This document shows, one piece after another, positions 30,503 to 38,848 of a DNA stretch of 60,033 nucleotides. The translations under genes were made by a program, and so were the position numbers. The DNA is taken from assembly GCA_030531695.1 (NCBI GenBank), contig JAUNMV010000003.1, forward strand, positions 1-60,033, in the 5' to 3' direction. This DNA is from Bacilli bacterium. GTDB lineage: Bacteria; Bacillota_I; Bacilli_A; RF39; UBA660. The first letter of the stretch is position 1. Each line of letters begins with the position of its first letter. The notes below the pieces were generated by a model. It had not been told where the DNA came from. It was given only the letters and a program-made list of their open reading frames with translations, and did not search any database.

Positions 30503-30604
30503 TGCAACTAATATAAGGCAACACTCAACATGCGATTATTAAGTGTTCCTTTTTTTATGAGATTAACTCATCTATGTATATAATAACATATTGTTTATAA
30601 ATTA

Positions 30605-31798
30605 TCAATTTTCTATCCAATTAGCAGTATATGTTCTATTACCTGTCATTCCCGGTGTAATTTCTACATAAGTTTCACGATTTGTATAATTATATGGTTC
30701 CCATTCTGTTGGTTTAGATCCTTTTTCTACTTGTACTTTACTTATGTAAATTCCATTGCTTGTATTAAGACTTATTGATGGATAAATATGTATACTTGTT
30801 CCAGTACTTGATTTATATGTATATGTTGCAATTAATCTTTTTCTTGTTGTGGATATTTTTGTTAAATTGTGTGTCGTTGAAGTCGCATTATTTAGATAAA
30901 AAACACGCGTATTAAATGTAGTTGCAGTATCTGCCCATATATCCATACTTATAGTATAAGTTTCATCTTCTTCATAATTTTGAGTGTTATATATATTAGG
31001 CCATATATTTGCTGTATTATAGCTTGGCTTTCTTTTATATACTATTTCATCATCTATCTCTAGTCTTTCTGTAGCGCCTGTGTTATATCCATTTGTACTT
31101 ACATCATATATATTCTTACCACCTGTCCATCCTCCAAAGTCATAACCTTCTTTTGTTGGAGTTGGAAGTATAGCTCCACTTCTTACTGTATAAGTAGTTG
31201 GATAATTCGATATAGTTCCTCCATCTAAATTATATGTAATTGTATATGTGCCACTTTCTCTAGTTTTAGCATTATTATCTGCTTGTACGTAGTTAGCTAT
31301 AAATTTTAAATTAAATGAAGTATCTGCCTCTGTTGGTAAATCATTTATATTTACATCTTCTTTAAATTTTACTGTTATAAATAATGTTTCAGTTGAATTA
31401 GCAGGTAATGAATCATATTTAGTAAAAGATATTCCATCATCATATAATACATTCCACTCTAAGTAACTTGCTTCATCTGGTAGACCCACTACATTATATG
31501 ACTCTAACATGGCATCTATATTACCAGTATTAACTACATCAACATTAAATGAATAACTATCACCAGGTTTTTCAAAAGTAAAAGTAAAATCTACTTCTTT
31601 AGAATTACTTGAAATAGCTGCATTACTATCTATTTGATATGTACATGTTTCATTTTGAATATTATTAAAGTGTACGTCCCAGACACTTCTTTTTACTATA
31701 CTAGTACCACTTATATATAGATTAGTAGAAAGGTAAGCAAAGCCTATACTAATGAATAGTACTAGTATCAATATTAAGTATTTCTTATTTTTATTCAT
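30605..31798 (-). CDS. Signal-anchored surface protein: conserved N-terminal beta-rich domain, a split Listeria-Bacteroides (Flg_new) repeat and a nested variable domain (paralog 1)
   Basis: N-terminal NKKYLILILVLFISIGFAYL anchor. YTITYNLDGGTISNYPTTYTVRSGAILPTPTKEGYDFGGWTGG is the first half of a Flg_new repeat. About 150 aa are inserted and end in VQVEKGSKPTEWEPY. The repeat is closed by ITPGMTGNRTYTANW. Confidence 0.7.
   Translation of the reverse strand: MNKNKKYLILILVLFISIGFAYLSTNLYISGTSIVKRSVWDVHFNNIQNETCTYQIDSNAAISSNSKEVDFTFTFEKPGDSYSFNVDVVNTGNIDAMLESYNVVGLPDEASYLEWNVLYDDGISFTKYDSLPANSTETLFITVKFKEDVNINDLPTEADTSFNLKFIANYVQADNNAKTRESGTYTITYNLDGGTISNYPTTYTVRSGAILPTPTKEGYDFGGWTGGKNIYDVSTNGYNTGATERLEIDDEIVYKRKPSYNTANIWPNIYNTQNYEEDETYTISMDIWADTATTFNTRVFYLNNATSTTHNLTKISTTRKRLIATYTYKSSTGTSIHIYPSISLNTSNGIYISKVQVEKGSKPTEWEPYNYTNRETYVEITPGMTGNRTYTANWIEN
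31268..31735. repeat. Direct repeat, copy 1 (about 468 bp, apparently identical to 32462..32929)
   Basis: Read directly: the sequences match at a constant offset of 1194 bp, with lower-identity extensions on both sides. Confidence 0.85.
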
Positions 31799-31813
31799 TA
31801 GTATTTCTCCTTT

Positions 31814-32992
31814 CTAAATAGCTTCCCAGTTAGCTTTATATGTTCTATTACCTGACATGCCCGGTAAGATAACTATATCTTTAGTTGGTTCTGATATATA
31901 TGGTTCATATGGAGTAGCATTTTCTCCCTCTTCTACTTGTAAATTAATATTTAAATTATCAAATGTACAGTTATTCCTAAAACCGACAGAAAACCTTCCC
32001 ACTTCTTGATTGAAGGTAATTATGTTATGAGTACTAAAATCCATATTTTCAATTGTTAAAACATTGTACCCCTGGATAGTAGATAGCAACTTATACCATA
32101 CAAAATCAGTATTGAAACTTCCTGAAATGTATTCAGCGCTTGCTACATAAGTACCAGCTGGAATTCTATAATTAATTGGAATACTGCCTATATCACCACC
32201 ATTTGTAGATGGCCCATTTTCAGGATTGCTTATAATTATATTATTGTTGCTTGCTATAAATGTAACATTTTTTTGTGTTTCTGATATTCCGTTTACCGAA
32301 AAGAGATTTTTTCCTACTGTCCATCCTGTAAATGTATAACCTTCTTTAGTTGGATTTGGTATTGTTGCTCCACTTCTTATTGTATATGTAGTTGGATTAT
32401 TAGATATAGTTCCTCCATCTAATAGATACCTAATATTATATGTACCACTTTCTCTTGTTGTAGCATTATTATCTGCTTGTACGTAGTTAGCTATAAATTT
32501 TAAATTAAATGAAGTATCTGCCTCTGTTGGTAAATCATTTATATTTACATCTTCTTTAAATTTTACTGTTATAAATAATGTTTCAGTTGAATTAGCAGGT
32601 AATGAATCATATTTAGTAAAAGATATTCCATCATCATATAATACATTCCACTCTAAGTAACTTGCTTCATCTGGTAGACCCACTACATTATATGACTCTA
32701 ACATGGCATCTATATTACCAGTATTAACTACATCAACATTAAATGAATAACTATCACCAGGTTTTTCAAAAGTAAAAGTAAAATCTACTTCTTTAGAATT
32801 ACTTGAAATAGCTGCATTACTATCTATTTGATATGTACATGTTTCATTTTGAATATTATTAAAGTGTACGTCCCAGACACTTCTTTTTACTATACTAGTA
32901 CCACTTATATATAGATTAGTAGAAAGGTACGCAAAACCTATACTAATAAATAATATTAATATAAATATAATAAATTTATTATTCTTTCTCAT
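31814..32992 (-). CDS. Signal-anchored surface protein, paralog 2: same N-terminal half, different nested domain
   Basis: Residues of about 21-177 are identical to paralog 1. YNIRYLLDGGTISNNPTTYTIRSGATIPNPTKEGYTFTGWTVG. The divergent insert ends in LQVEEGENATPYEPY, then LPGMSGNRTYKANW. Confidence 0.7.
   Translation of the reverse strand: MRKNNKFIIFILILFISIGFAYLSTNLYISGTSIVKRSVWDVHFNNIQNETCTYQIDSNAAISSNSKEVDFTFTFEKPGDSYSFNVDVVNTGNIDAMLESYNVVGLPDEASYLEWNVLYDDGISFTKYDSLPANSTETLFITVKFKEDVNINDLPTEADTSFNLKFIANYVQADNNATTRESGTYNIRYLLDGGTISNNPTTYTIRSGATIPNPTKEGYTFTGWTVGKNLFSVNGISETQKNVTFIASNNNIIISNPENGPSTNGGDIGSIPINYRIPAGTYVASAEYISGSFNTDFVWYKLLSTIQGYNVLTIENMDFSTHNIITFNQEVGRFSVGFRNNCTFDNLNINLQVEEGENATPYEPYISEPTKDIVILPGMSGNRTYKANWEAI
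32462..32929. repeat. Direct repeat, copy 2 (partner of 31268..31735)
   Basis: As for copy 1. Confidence 0.85.
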
Positions 32993-33048
32993 AATATCAG
33001 TCCTTATTCTAATAAAATTTTATCAAAATAAAAGGAGTAATGCAATGA

Positions 33049-33507
33049 CTACTCCTTAACATTAAATAATTTTACTTTTACTATTTTATATAGAAATATA
33101 CCAGTAGATGAACCTAAGGTATCTATAAATACATCTAATATTTTAGCTGTTCTACCACTTATAAATATTTGATGTATTTCATCACTTACTGCATATAACA
33201 TACATAGTATTATACAAACAAGTAGATATTTTAATTCTAGTTTTTTATATTCACTTATAAAGCTTATTAATAATATACCTAATATTAGATATTCAGTAAA
33301 ATGAGCTATTTTTCTTACTGGAAAAACGTATTTATCTATTACTTCTTGTTTTTCTTTATTAGTTAAATTACCCTTATGAAATGTTTTATATATATTTATT
33401 ATTACTCCATCACTTTTTGATGTAGATGTATCTGCATTATCTGATGAAAAAGTAAATATTACTCCCATCCATAAAACTACTAATATTAGTTTTATTATTT
33501 TTTTCAT
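33049..33507 (-). CDS. VanZ-family membrane protein
   Basis: RKIAHFTEYLILGILL...SDEIHQIFISGRTAKILDVFIDTLG is the typical VanZ-like signature. Confidence 0.8.
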   Translation of the reverse strand: MKKIIKLILVVLWMGVIFTFSSDNADTSTSKSDGVIINIYKTFHKGNLTNKEKQEVIDKYVFPVRKIAHFTEYLILGILLISFISEYKKLELKYLLVCIILCMLYAVSDEIHQIFISGRTAKILDVFIDTLGSSTGIFLYKIVKVKLFNVKE

Positions 33508-33896
33508 TCAATCACCCTATTTATATTCTGCCCAAATCTACGATATAAAATCTTTCTAGAATCCTCTTTTGAAATATTGGGATTCATTTCTATATTATGA
33601 TTAAAATATATCATAGTATATAAATCTCTTCTTTTATGATTTAGTATTGAGATTGTTTTTAATTCTTTTAACTTTTTAATACTTGTCTTATAGTCTTCTC
33701 TACCAATTATTTCTTCTTGTATAAAATCTTCTAGATATGTTATATATTCATATATTCTTATAAAATCATATTTTCTTTCAAAGCTATCTGATTCTTTTAG
33801 TGTTGTATTTATATATTTATGCGCACTTGCTTCATACAAATCTTCTAAATATTCATATGTTTTATCATCTGTTTCTTTATACTTTCTACAATACAT
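33504..33896 (-). CDS. Hypothetical cytoplasmic protein (130 aa)
   Basis: AAGGGGGA RBS. 4-nt overlap with the downstream VanZ gene. Confidence 0.5.
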   Translation of the reverse strand: MYCRKYKETDDKTYEYLEDLYEASAHKYINTTLKESDSFERKYDFIRIYEYITYLEDFIQEEIIGREDYKTSIKKLKELKTISILNHKRRDLYTMIYFNHNIEMNPNISKEDSRKILYRRFGQNINRVIE

Positions 33897-33935
33897 ATCT
33901 AGTCCCCCTTAAAAGTAATAGTTATATTTTAACTC

Positions 33936-34877
33936 TTATTGAAGTTTAACACCAGTATTTTCTTTATTTTCTACTATTTTTTCAGTATCAAATGTTATAC
34001 CAAATAAATTTAATCCACCTTTTTCTCCAGTATTATAACTTCTTGAGTTAGAAAAGTAACTCTTATTAAATAATGTATTATCGTCACTAAAGTAAATATT
34101 ATCTTCACTTATACCAGATTTATTAATCTGATCAAATATTTTATCTCCATAATGAATCTTATATTTATTATCTCCTAACTCTTCTATATAATTTTTCCAT
34201 TCTTCATTTAAACCTGTTATATTTCCTTCAGCATCTCTATTATGCATAAAAGGAGGGGCACCGGTATATACCCAATCATCATATGCGATAGCATTTACAT
34301 ATACTTCTATATCATTTAAGTTAGAATTAAAATGTTCTTTCATATAATTAGTCATATCACCTATTATATTTGATCCTGTTCTTTCGGCATTTGAATGAGT
34401 TAAACCTATTATGTTTTTTTTCTTATCGTAATATCTTACTACTGCACAATCAGCAGCTGGATATACTAGTGATACACTTCTATTGTATTTTTCTTTAATA
34501 ATATCTCTTGTTTCTTTTGTCATGAATACTGATGTATAGTTCTTATCTATTAACCAAATTGTTCCATCTTTTTTAGCTTGCTCACTTTCATAATAATTTG
34601 AAAAATCTTCTACTGTTAATTCATGACATTTTGATTCTGGTGGAGCAGGTTGATCTGGCATTAACATATCATCTATTCCAACTTTATGAACATTATTCAT
34701 AATATAATTTAGTCTTGTCGCCCTATCTTTCATTTCTTCTGGGAAGAAATTTGCCTTAGTACTCCATGAAATTATATTTTCATTTGCTAAAGTATCCTTA
34801 TTTAGAGTAAATGGAATAGCTTTATGGTCTTCAAAATATTCTTCATTTACTATTAATCTTTTTACTATTTTTTTCAT
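33936..34877 (-). CDS. Hypothetical protein, possibly a divergent YfiH/PgeF (Cu-oxidase_4, laccase-domain) family member
   Basis: AGGAGGA RBS. PAADCAVVRYYD...IGLTHSNAERTG resembles the ADC.P...aHAGWRGT core. C-terminal YFSNSRSYNTGEKGGLNLFGITF resembles the family C-terminus. The match is weak. Confidence 0.4.
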   Translation of the reverse strand: MKKIVKRLIVNEEYFEDHKAIPFTLNKDTLANENIISWSTKANFFPEEMKDRATRLNYIMNNVHKVGIDDMLMPDQPAPPESKCHELTVEDFSNYYESEQAKKDGTIWLIDKNYTSVFMTKETRDIIKEKYNRSVSLVYPAADCAVVRYYDKKKNIIGLTHSNAERTGSNIIGDMTNYMKEHFNSNLNDIEVYVNAIAYDDWVYTGAPPFMHNRDAEGNITGLNEEWKNYIEELGDNKYKIHYGDKIFDQINKSGISEDNIYFSDDNTLFNKSYFSNSRSYNTGEKGGLNLFGITFDTEKIVENKENTGVKLQ

Positions 34878-34987
34878 GTTATCCTCCTAATATACTTTTA
34901 TTATACATTATTAAACATTAAATTTATATACCTTGCTTGATTAAGATTATTTTTTTAATATATAATTTATAATGGAAGGTGAATAAA

Positions 34988-35890
34988 ATGAAGACAATAG
35001 TTATAGGAGCTGGAAGTGACTTAGGAGTACATATAGATGGTGCTTCTTTAGGTCCTACTCAATTAATGAATGACTTAAAAGGATTTTATCAAGGTGAAAC
35101 ATTATTATTTGAACAAGATGAAGAAATTATTAAAAGCAGAAATTTAAGTGATAGAAGAAAAAATGAATTTGAAGTAGAAAAATTTAATACTCAATTATAT
35201 AATGCAGTAATAGAAAAAGAAGAAAGTGAATACTTTCCTATCGTTATAGGTGGAGATCATTCTGTATCTATTCCATCTGCTTTAGCTAGTATGAAAAACT
35301 ATGAGCAAATTGGTATTATTTGGATAGCTGCTCATCCAGATTATAATACTTTTGAAAGTACTGTAACTGGTAATATTCATGGTCTTTCTCTAGCAGCTAT
35401 AACTGGATATAAATGTAATGAATTAAGATATTATCATGAAGGACCAACTGTTCCTACTTCTAGATGTGTTGTAATAGGAGCTAGAAATATAGATGAGGCT
35501 GAAAAAGATAATATAAAATATTCTGGTATTACTGTATTCACTACTCAAGATATTAAAGAACGTGGTGTTAAAGCTATTATGGATGAGGCATTTAAAATAG
35601 CTGGATTTAAAAATAATGGAGTTCATATAAGTTTTGACTTAGATGTTATGGATCCTGAAGTAGCTCCTGGAGTTAGTGTTCCTGAACTAGATGGATTAAA
35701 TGAAGATGATGCAATGGATTTAAATTCTGAAATAATGAAACATATAGAAGAAGTTGTTTCATATGATTTAATTGAATATAATCCATTAAGAGATATGAAT
35801 AGAAAAACAGAACAAATTGCAATTAACCTTATAGCTCAAGTATTAAAATATGCTGAAGATAAAGGTAAATATAAAACAATAACTTATTAA
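34988..35890 (+). CDS. Arginase/ureohydrolase-family protein (arginase-like)
   Basis: GGDHSVSIP, TGNIHGLSLAAITG and SFDLDVMDP motifs. The expected DAHxD reads AAHPD. Start set at ATG 34988 after GGAAGGTG. Confidence 0.75.
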   Translation: MKTIVIGAGSDLGVHIDGASLGPTQLMNDLKGFYQGETLLFEQDEEIIKSRNLSDRRKNEFEVEKFNTQLYNAVIEKEESEYFPIVIGGDHSVSIPSALASMKNYEQIGIIWIAAHPDYNTFESTVTGNIHGLSLAAITGYKCNELRYYHEGPTVPTSRCVVIGARNIDEAEKDNIKYSGITVFTTQDIKERGVKAIMDEAFKIAGFKNNGVHISFDLDVMDPEVAPGVSVPELDGLNEDDAMDLNSEIMKHIEEVVSYDLIEYNPLRDMNRKTEQIAINLIAQVLKYAEDKGKYKTITY

Positions 35891-35892
35891 AA

Positions 35893-35921
35893 CAAAAAGA
35901 AGGTTTAAACCTTCTTTTTTT
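35893..35921. terminator. Bidirectional hairpin terminator between convergent genes
   Basis: Perfect palindrome AAGAAGGTTT|AAACCTTCTT flanked by an A-run and a T-run. Confidence 0.65.
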
Positions 35922-36438
35922 ATCCTTGAGGATTAAATTCTCCTAAATGAAATCTATAATCAACAGCATCTATTACTTTATTTGTAGTTTCTTCTTTTAA
36001 TTCTATAGATTCTCCTGCCTTTAACTTTTCTATTGTATAGATTGTAGTGTAATCATCACCATTAGAATCACTAAATACTACAAATAATAGTTGATTACTT
36101 ATATCTATACCATTATTTGTAATAGTAAATTTAATTGTAACATTATTTAAATCTTTACTATTACTTTTTAATGTCATATTACTTATTGATAATGAATCAT
36201 TAGTATGAATTTCTTTAATTTTATTTGATGTGTTTTCTCTATTATTATTTGAATCTGTTTTGTAGTATTTATTATTCGCATCATCTTTATTAGAATATGT
36301 TTTTTCTTTTTCTACTACTTCTTTATCTTCTTTTTTAGTTTGATTATTTACAATTACTAGTGTAACTCCACCTATTATCAATAATAATGGGATTACTATT
36401 AAAATTATTTTTATATTTTTCAAGTTATCACCTACCAT
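35920..36438 (-). CDS. Bitopic membrane protein with a predicted beta-sandwich ectodomain, translationally coupled to the 771-aa pilin
   Basis: TM segment IKIILIVIPLLLIIGGVTLVIV. ATG 36438 overlaps the pilin stop (AAATGGTAG). Confidence 0.5.
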   Translation of the reverse strand: MVGDNLKNIKIILIVIPLLLIIGGVTLVIVNNQTKKEDKEVVEKEKTYSNKDDANNKYYKTDSNNNRENTSNKIKEIHTNDSLSISNMTLKSNSKDLNNVTIKFTITNNGIDISNQLLFVVFSDSNGDDYTTIYTIEKLKAGESIELKEETTNKVIDAVDYRFHLGEFNPQG

Positions 36439-38747
36439 TTTGCGAATCCTGCAGTAAACCATCCACTACATTTACTTTCTTTTACTTTTGTATTACCGTT
36501 TAAGTAACATGTAGATGATCCACTTACTACATTTCCTTTTATCCAGTAGTAGTATCCACCTGCTCCTTTTACATATTGCCAATCACCTGTTAATTTCCAT
36601 TTACCACCCCAGGCTCCATCTGGCCATTGACTAAAGTCATTATCTTTACGGACGTTAACGTAATCTACTCCGTCACCTACATATGCTTTAACTGTCTTAT
36701 CTTTCTTTGTAAATTTAATTACTGAATAATATGTTGCATTACTACTAAATTTTTTATCTGTTTCTTCAGAATAATTACTACTTCCTGCAGTACTACTTGT
36801 ATTCCATCCTTTGTATTCAAATAGATCTGAATATGGTTGTTTTGCGGCATTTTTACCTGATGGTCTAGGTGCTTTAGGGGACTTGATATTACATTCTGTT
36901 TGATCTTGATAATAATGACAAGTTTTTTCTTGATCATCTCCCCATTTAGCTTCATTTTTCTTAAATTTAACTTTTACAGTTTTCTTCCATACTGCATATA
37001 ATTTAATATTTTTATTTTCTGTATATGATCCTCCCGGAGAGTACTTCGCACTATGTCCTGTTGATGAAGTATGCCATCCTACGAACTCCCAACCATTTTT
37101 TGTTGGTTTAGTATTACTTAAATTTATATTAGTTCCGTGTGTTTTAGTTTGATTTCCTGGTGCTCCACTACCACCATTGGCATCATAAGATATTGTATAT
37201 TGTTGAACACTCCATTGGGCATAGGCTGTTACTGTACCTGATGTAGCAAGTGTTTGTACTTTTTGTCCTGCAGCATAGTTAGTTCCATTTATCTTCCATC
37301 CTGTAAAGCTATAACCGCTTCTTGTGAAACCATTATTTGATATTGTACAATCACTACCATATGTACAATTAGTATTATTCATAGTTCCAGAACCACCATT
37401 AGCATCATACTTAATTGAATAACTATTACCATGCCATCCTGCATAGGCAGTTAAAGCTTGACTATCTGTTGCGGTTAGATTCTTAACTTTACTTCCGGCA
37501 TTATATTCATTACTGCCGATTTTCCATTTAGTAAAGTAATATCCATTTCTTGTGAACGCATTAGCAGCAAGTGTACAGTCATATCCATAATAACATGTCG
37601 TCCTTGATATATTTCCTGTTCCTCCATTTGAATTATAATCAATATAATAAATTGGAGATATATAAACAATTATATCTACTGATCTGCAGTTTGTTGCTTC
37701 ATCACACATTTTTACTCTACCAAATCTTGCACCTCTGGCAGTTAAAGTTTTATCTGTTTTTGTATTATCTTCACTTTTTCTACTATCACTTAAGTCTTTA
37801 TTTAATGTTGCATTATAAGCTTGATTCCATTGCCATATTTGTTTAGTAATTGCGTTATTATCATTACTATCGCTGAAGTCTAAATAAAATCCATGTGTCT
37901 TCCATCCTGTTAGATTAGCTTCAGCATTTGTTTTAGTTAATAATGGTGTTCCTGTTTTATTGCCACCCTCAAATTTATATATTTTAACTGTTATGTTAGG
38001 TGCTGTATTATCCAATTTAAACTCTTTACTTTGTACTACAGAAGTTGATGCTAAACCTGCTTCATTACTCAACTCTACTGGCGTAACTACCAATTTTATC
38101 TTTCCATTTAATCCAACTGGAGTGTCTACTTTAACTGATAGACTATCTACTACTGAGTTTTTAAATTCATGTGTTGTAGGTGTACCAATTGCCGTTCCAT
38201 CTATATAGAACCATTGATAACTTATCTTAGCATTAGGACTAATTCCTAATAAATCTTTTATTTGAATATATGTGGAAGATTTTTTCTCAAATTTATTATT
38301 ACCATCGGGATTAAATGTTATTTGAGGACCGTCTTCTATAATACTTCCATTACACAAATTAAAATTAATCCTTGATAAATCTGCACTAGTAGGCATAAAT
38401 GTTTCATAATCGTAATTATCATTTATCTTTTTTACTCTTACAAATATTTTATCTACTATTACATCTTGTTTAGAAAAATCCAACTCTTCTATTACTTTAT
38501 TTGATACTAGAGTTGTGTAATATATATCTACACAACCATTTTTTTGATAACCAAATAAATCCATATCTTTAGAATCTGTATAAACTTTGGCACCAGACTC
38601 TATAATATTTTTATATGTATTTAATTTTTTTGAACCAATTTGACTACTAACCGCATTAATTATAGGAAAAGCAATCATAGTAATTATACCTAATATTGTT
38701 ATGGTTACTAAAACTTCTACTAAAGTAAAACCTTTACGATTTCTCAT
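36432..38747 (-). CDS. Giant modular type IV pilin-like protein with four Listeria-Bacteroides (Flg_new) repeats
   Basis: MRNRKG|FTLVEVLVTITILGIITMIAFPI class III signal. Repeats YYIDYNSNGGTG...YAGW, YSIKYDANGGSG...YAQW, YTISYDANGGSG...YAVW, and a fourth, degenerate one. Trp/Gly-rich C-terminal domain. Confidence 0.75.
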   Translation of the reverse strand: MRNRKGFTLVEVLVTITILGIITMIAFPIINAVSSQIGSKKLNTYKNIIESGAKVYTDSKDMDLFGYQKNGCVDIYYTTLVSNKVIEELDFSKQDVIVDKIFVRVKKINDNYDYETFMPTSADLSRINFNLCNGSIIEDGPQITFNPDGNNKFEKKSSTYIQIKDLLGISPNAKISYQWFYIDGTAIGTPTTHEFKNSVVDSLSVKVDTPVGLNGKIKLVVTPVELSNEAGLASTSVVQSKEFKLDNTAPNITVKIYKFEGGNKTGTPLLTKTNAEANLTGWKTHGFYLDFSDSNDNNAITKQIWQWNQAYNATLNKDLSDSRKSEDNTKTDKTLTARGARFGRVKMCDEATNCRSVDIIVYISPIYYIDYNSNGGTGNISRTTCYYGYDCTLAANAFTRNGYYFTKWKIGSNEYNAGSKVKNLTATDSQALTAYAGWHGNSYSIKYDANGGSGTMNNTNCTYGSDCTISNNGFTRSGYSFTGWKINGTNYAAGQKVQTLATSGTVTAYAQWSVQQYTISYDANGGSGAPGNQTKTHGTNINLSNTKPTKNGWEFVGWHTSSTGHSAKYSPGGSYTENKNIKLYAVWKKTVKVKFKKNEAKWGDDQEKTCHYYQDQTECNIKSPKAPRPSGKNAAKQPYSDLFEYKGWNTSSTAGSSNYSEETDKKFSSNATYYSVIKFTKKDKTVKAYVGDGVDYVNVRKDNDFSQWPDGAWGGKWKLTGDWQYVKGAGGYYYWIKGNVVSGSSTCYLNGNTKVKESKCSGWFTAGFAKW

Positions 38748-38823
38748 ATAAACATCACCTTATCATAACTAAATTTTATCAAATAATATATAATTATAAA
38801 ACTAGATATTAAAAAAAAATAAA

Positions 38824-38848
38824 AAGAAGACAATTATTTGTCTTCTTT
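38824..38848 (-). terminator. Rho-independent terminator downstream of the LMW-PTP 3'-end repeat array
   Basis: AAAGAAGACAA-TTAT-TTGTCTTCTTT, followed on the minus strand by TTTATTTTTTTTT. Confidence 0.65.

Noticed and set aside
30521-30557. Plus-strand terminator AACACT-15 nt-AGTGTT-CCTTTTTTT for the sORF transcript
   Set aside because: A stem of only 6 bp with a large loop is too weak to call as a feature. It is mentioned only as a possible 3' end in the sORF finding.
30605-38830. Integrated mobile element or prophage accounting for the accessory block next to the stacked gene ends
   Set aside because: No integrase, recombinase, transposase, terminase or capsid genes and no flanking inverted repeats are recognisable. 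Only the att-like stacked 3' ends at one boundary hint at past integration.
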